Origin: Candidatus Micrarchaeota archaeon | Lineage (GTDB): Archaea; Micrarchaeota; Micrarchaeia; Norongarragalinales; SBBD01 | Assembly (NCBI GenBank): GCA_043813365.1 | Contig: JBDRLB010000076.1 | Location: forward strand, 1 to 20,694 | Direction of reading: 5' to 3' | Length of the DNA stretch: 20,694 bases | Shown here: one piece after another, positions 17,296 through 20,694 of the stretch | How positions within the stretch are numbered: the first letter of the stretch is position 1 | Layout: each line of letters opens with the position of its first letter | Position numbers and translations under genes: made by a program | The notes under the pieces: model-generated | What the model was told of the DNA's origin: nothing | Databases searched by the model: none | Seen by the model: the letters and a program-made list of their open reading frames with translations, nothing else

Positions 17296-18210
17296 TTATT
17301 TTTCAGCATTTTCCTTGCCCAGCGAAAGCGTGGCAATGCCCGCAATTACGATCGGTATCCAGATCCTTACGATGTTCCAAAGAAGCAGAACGGCAGCGAT
17401 CAAAGATGCTGGAATTGTGCCGGAAAGGATGAAGATGCCAACCAATTCGGTGATCCCCAGCCCCTGGGGTACGAAAAATGCCTTGGATGCGAAAAACAGG
17501 AGGACGAATACGAGGTAGGCGTTTAGGAAGTCAAGGGAAACGCCGAATGCGGAGAATGCAAACAGGAATGCAAGGAATTCGAAAACAAGCGATATGAAGA
17601 GCAACAGGATAGTGGATTTCGAGGGCGAATAGATGAATTTCCGGAGGGTTTTGGAGAATTCGGCGGTATCCTCCTTCCCTATGCGCTTAAGCGTGATGTT
17701 GGAAATCAGCCATGGGGAGTAGTTGCGTGTGAGGAAGAATACGCCTGCAAGCATGATTATCGGGATCCCCGCACCTAATAGCAGCGAACCCTTCAAATCG
17801 GAGTGCTGGTATATCAGAAGGCCGATCCCGATGGCGGAAAACACCAGCGCGAGGAGGATTTTGTGGAATTTTGATGCCAGGGAGGCAGCCATTCCGGCTG
17901 AAAATTTCCTCCCTGCCTTTTTGGAGTAATATCCCCTGAGGAAATCCGCCCCCAGGGAAAGCGGGGTGAGGCCGCCCAATTGCGAAGCAAAACCCAGTTT
18001 GATTGATTCGGAAGCCGGAAGGCTGAAATATCTTCCCCATGCAATGTTCCAGATTGTTATCGAGGCAATGTAAATTAAGGCGGAGAGTACAGCTATTCCG
18101 AGGTTCAGGTCCTTGATATGCCGATCCGCTTCAAAAATCGTAAGGAGGGCGTAAACCACTGCTATTAAGGCCGCAAGGAATAGGCCGTTCTGCCAATTGA
18201 GGTATTTCAT
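17296..18210 (-). CDS. Multi-pass membrane protein, lysylphosphatidylglycerol synthase TM/flippase-like (UPF0104) family
   Basis: About 8 TM segments; LTPLSLGADFLRGY and VPQGLGITE motifs. Confidence 0.8.
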   Translation of the reverse strand: MKYLNWQNGLFLAALIAVVYALLTIFEADRHIKDLNLGIAVLSALIYIASITIWNIAWGRYFSLPASESIKLGFASQLGGLTPLSLGADFLRGYYSKKAGRKFSAGMAASLASKFHKILLALVFSAIGIGLLIYQHSDLKGSLLLGAGIPIIMLAGVFFLTRNYSPWLISNITLKRIGKEDTAEFSKTLRKFIYSPSKSTILLLFISLVFEFLAFLFAFSAFGVSLDFLNAYLVFVLLFFASKAFFVPQGLGITELVGIFILSGTIPASLIAAVLLLWNIVRIWIPIVIAGIATLSLGKENAEK

Positions 18211-18277
18211 GAAAACATCCTCAAAGGTAATTTACCGCTATATTAATAACCCTGTTTTCCCAAAAGCGTAGGTTTAT

Positions 18278-18637
18278 GCGGAGGTCGCCTAGTGGCTATG
18301 GCGGCAAGCCTCTTTTTCTTTCACAAAAGAAAAAGACCTTTGGGAGAAAAAGAAAGGTATTTTGATCTGCGAATCAAGAAATTGAGGCACGCAAGCCTGC
18401 TATCTGGAACCGCTGAATTTCCGGTCATTCCGGGATGAAAGCTTTTGTTGAGTAATCGTCGCGCGGGTTCGAACCGACTTGCCCATTTCTTTTTAGAAAA
18501 AAGAAAGCGGCGGTGTCGCCGCTGGAAAGAAAAAAATTACTTTGATTCGCAAATCAAATTCCCTTTTCTTTTGCGGCGCCTTACGCTTTCCTTTTCTGGG
18601 AAAAGAAAAGCAAGGCACGGACATCCCGCCCTCCGCG
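18278..18637 (+). tRNA. tRNA-Ser(GCT) with three introns; predicted exons 18278-18306, 18395-18402, 18440-18473 and 18624-18637
   Basis: Acceptor stem GCGGAGG/CCTCCGC with discriminator G; D arm GCC...GGC; anticodon loop CT-GCT-A|A; long variable arm GTTGA-GTAA-TCGTC; T arm GCGGG-TTCGAA|T-CCCGC. BHB-like geometry at each junction. The mature tRNA is about 85 nt and CCA is not encoded. Confidence 0.85.
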
Positions 18638-18727
18638 CTTTCTTCCTTCATGCCTCCAAAATGCCTACGGGTAGTTTTAAATATCGGCTTAAGGTGTTAT
18701 TATCATCCCTCGAAAGCCGGTGATAAA

Positions 18728-20656
18728 ATGAGCCTTTTCCGCAAGTTTCTGATGGCAATATTCCTGATTTCCTTTTCTGCACTAGCAAATGCAACGGGAG
18801 ATGCAACCTGCGGCGATTCCGATGGCGGGAAAAATTATTATACGTTCGGAATTGTTTCCGGCTATATTGGCGAAACGCCATTCTATTATACCGACACCTG
18901 CGCTTATGCGAATGCATCCAACCTAGTAGAATATTATTGCGACCCAGTTACCCAAATACCCTATACCGATGTAAAAACCTGCCTCAACGGGTGCGCAAAC
19001 GGCGTTTGCATAACTTTAGGCGTCTCGCCTTCACCAACGCCTGCCCCAAATTCATGCATTGATTCAGATGGCATTAATCTGGATGCGAAGGGCACGGTAA
19101 GCGGGATTTTCCACGAGATGCCATATACCAGAATAGATACTTGCCTGGATGACACATATATATTGGAATATTATTGTGTAGGCATGGAAATGGCCCAAAT
19201 GTCGCAACAATGCAGAAGCGATAGGCCAAAATGCGTTGACGGGAGCTGCATTCCAACGGCAACCCCGACTACGAGCCCATCGCCCACGCCGGTTGTTTCG
19301 CAATTCCCCTTCACCTGCACGGATTCTGATGGCGGTGAAAACTACTACCTGAAGGGATCCGTCAGCGGGCTATCGAATGGCATCGCATATTCCCATTCCG
19401 ATACTTGCGATTCGAGCTCAAGGCTGATCGAATATGTGTGTGACGGGTATGATTTTGAACGTTTCTTTATCACTTGCCCGGTTTCAAAACCAATATGCTC
19501 TAATGGGGCTTGCACATCAAACGGAACAGCTCCCTCGCCCACCGCCATGGGATCGCCCGCTCCGGATTCATGCTATGATTCGGACGGCGGCTATTACCCC
19601 GATAGGAAAGGAACGGTGAGCGGCATGAGCAATTCCGTGCAATATTCCAAAACCGACAAATGCAACGAAAACGGGGACATAGTCGAATACACCTGCTTTG
19701 GGAGAAGCTACCGGGAAAACACTGCAAGATGCCCCGATGGTTTGCCGTTTTGCATTGATGGGAAATGCATGGAAACCCAAAATGCCACTCCTGCGCCATC
19801 AGTTCAAAATGGAGTTGGCAGCATACGTGCAGTCACAACCCCCGAGGGCGCATATTTCTACCTGGACGGGTATTTCAGCGGGCTGACTCCTGCTAGCGTA
19901 AACCTGATCAGGACCGGAACGCACACATACCTTTTTGCCAAGGAGGGTTATGGGGTTAAAACAGGATCCGTAACTGTAGTTTTGAACGAGGTTGCCCTTA
20001 TCGAGGCGAATTTGACCATGATGCCAAATGCCACTGATCCGGCCAATTCATCTTATAATGGATCCTTATCCGTATCTGCGTCCGTTTTCCCATCGGTGCA
20101 ACTCCTGCAGGACAGCTGCAAGGATTCCGATGGGGGCTTTGACATATACAAACAAGGCACAATTGCGGGCATGCATAACGGAAATGCATATGAAATGGCG
20201 GAATACTGCAGCAATGCGACATTGCTCACGGAATATTTCTGCATGGGCACCGAATATGAATATGCACCAATAAACTGCGGAGGGCAATGTGTAGACGGCT
20301 ATTGCAATGTGACGCCTTTCAACAGGAGCATCCTGGAACCGGCAAGAAGGGCTTCGTCATTCGTATCGCCCACTCCGACGCCGAGCCCGACCCCTTACCC
20401 GACCCCACCGGTTTGCACGGATACGGATGGAGGGGTTAATTACTATACGAAAGGTACCGTATTATTGGGAAGGGACACGCCACTTACCGATTCCTGCAGA
20501 TCTGATAAGATATTATTTGAATTCTCCTGCAACAATGTAATTTCCCAAGGGGAGGCATATACCTGCCCAGATGCATGCGAATACGGCGCGTGCGTTGACA
20601 AGCCGAAGGATATAATTTCGCAGATTATAAGCTTCTTCGCGAACCTGTTCGGCTGA
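18728..20656 (+). CDS. Secreted/surface protein with six Cys-rich CxD(S/T)DG repeats, Pro/Thr/Ser linkers, a PEGA-like domain and an amphipathic C-terminus
   Basis: GGTGA RBS before ATG 18728; signal peptide ending ANA. Repeats begin CGDSDGG, CIDSDG, CTDSDGG, CYDSDGG, CKDSDGG and CTDTDGG. PEGA-like stretch TTPEGAYFYLDG...G-x-TP...GTHTY...KEGY; ends DIISQIISFFANLFG. Confidence 0.85.
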   Translation: MSLFRKFLMAIFLISFSALANATGDATCGDSDGGKNYYTFGIVSGYIGETPFYYTDTCAYANASNLVEYYCDPVTQIPYTDVKTCLNGCANGVCITLGVSPSPTPAPNSCIDSDGINLDAKGTVSGIFHEMPYTRIDTCLDDTYILEYYCVGMEMAQMSQQCRSDRPKCVDGSCIPTATPTTSPSPTPVVSQFPFTCTDSDGGENYYLKGSVSGLSNGIAYSHSDTCDSSSRLIEYVCDGYDFERFFITCPVSKPICSNGACTSNGTAPSPTAMGSPAPDSCYDSDGGYYPDRKGTVSGMSNSVQYSKTDKCNENGDIVEYTCFGRSYRENTARCPDGLPFCIDGKCMETQNATPAPSVQNGVGSIRAVTTPEGAYFYLDGYFSGLTPASVNLIRTGTHTYLFAKEGYGVKTGSVTVVLNEVALIEANLTMMPNATDPANSSYNGSLSVSASVFPSVQLLQDSCKDSDGGFDIYKQGTIAGMHNGNAYEMAEYCSNATLLTEYFCMGTEYEYAPINCGGQCVDGYCNVTPFNRSILEPARRASSFVSPTPTPSPTPYPTPPVCTDTDGGVNYYTKGTVLLGRDTPLTDSCRSDKILFEFSCNNVISQGEAYTCPDACEYGACVDKPKDIISQIISFFANLFG

Positions 20657-20694
20657 AATAAATTCGAGGATAATTGAAGGGAATGGGAAAAGGG

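Noticed and set aside
18278..18637. tRNA-Leu or tRNA-Sec assignment
   Set aside because: Discriminator G and the GCT anticodon indicate Ser; there is no TCA anticodon or extended acceptor stem.
18542..18727. N-terminal extension of the 704-aa ORF
   Set aside because: It overlaps tRNA intron 3 and the last exon. The RBS and signal peptide point to ATG 18728.

Overview
Archaeal chromosomal segment, most likely DPANN (Micrarchaeota-like). This is inferred from archaeal-type ribosomal proteins, A-type ATPase subunits, GGTGA ribosome-binding sites, TTTATAAA-type promoters, a multi-intron tRNA and Cys-rich CxDSDGG surface proteins. The window opens with the 3' end of an IS200-like Y1 transposase and its right-end hairpin. 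It continues with a secreted protein, two basic orphans, and a TrmB-family regulator facing an unannotated 35-aa membrane peptide. A stand-alone spc-type ribosomal operon follows on the minus strand (rnp1-S17-L14-L24-S4e-L5-S14-S8-L6-L32e-L19e-L18-S5-L30, without L15/secY). Next come a membrane-anchored thioredoxin-fold protein and three orphans, two with recognisable M14-metallopeptidase-like and SelO/kinase-like motifs. The rest holds a split A-ATPase locus (atpA-atpB minus, atpD plus) around tatD, a flippase-like membrane protein, a tRNA-Ser(GCT) and a large Cys-repeat/PEGA surface protein. The most striking item is the tRNA-Ser(GCT), broken by three introns (about 88, 37 and 150 nt). The two long non-canonical introns share a hairpin module, suggesting a repeat family that spreads as BHB-spliced tRNA introns. 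Also notable are two ~90-nt structured leaders before rnp1 and atpA and a duplicated tatD 3' end. All structures were paired by eye and no database searches were run.
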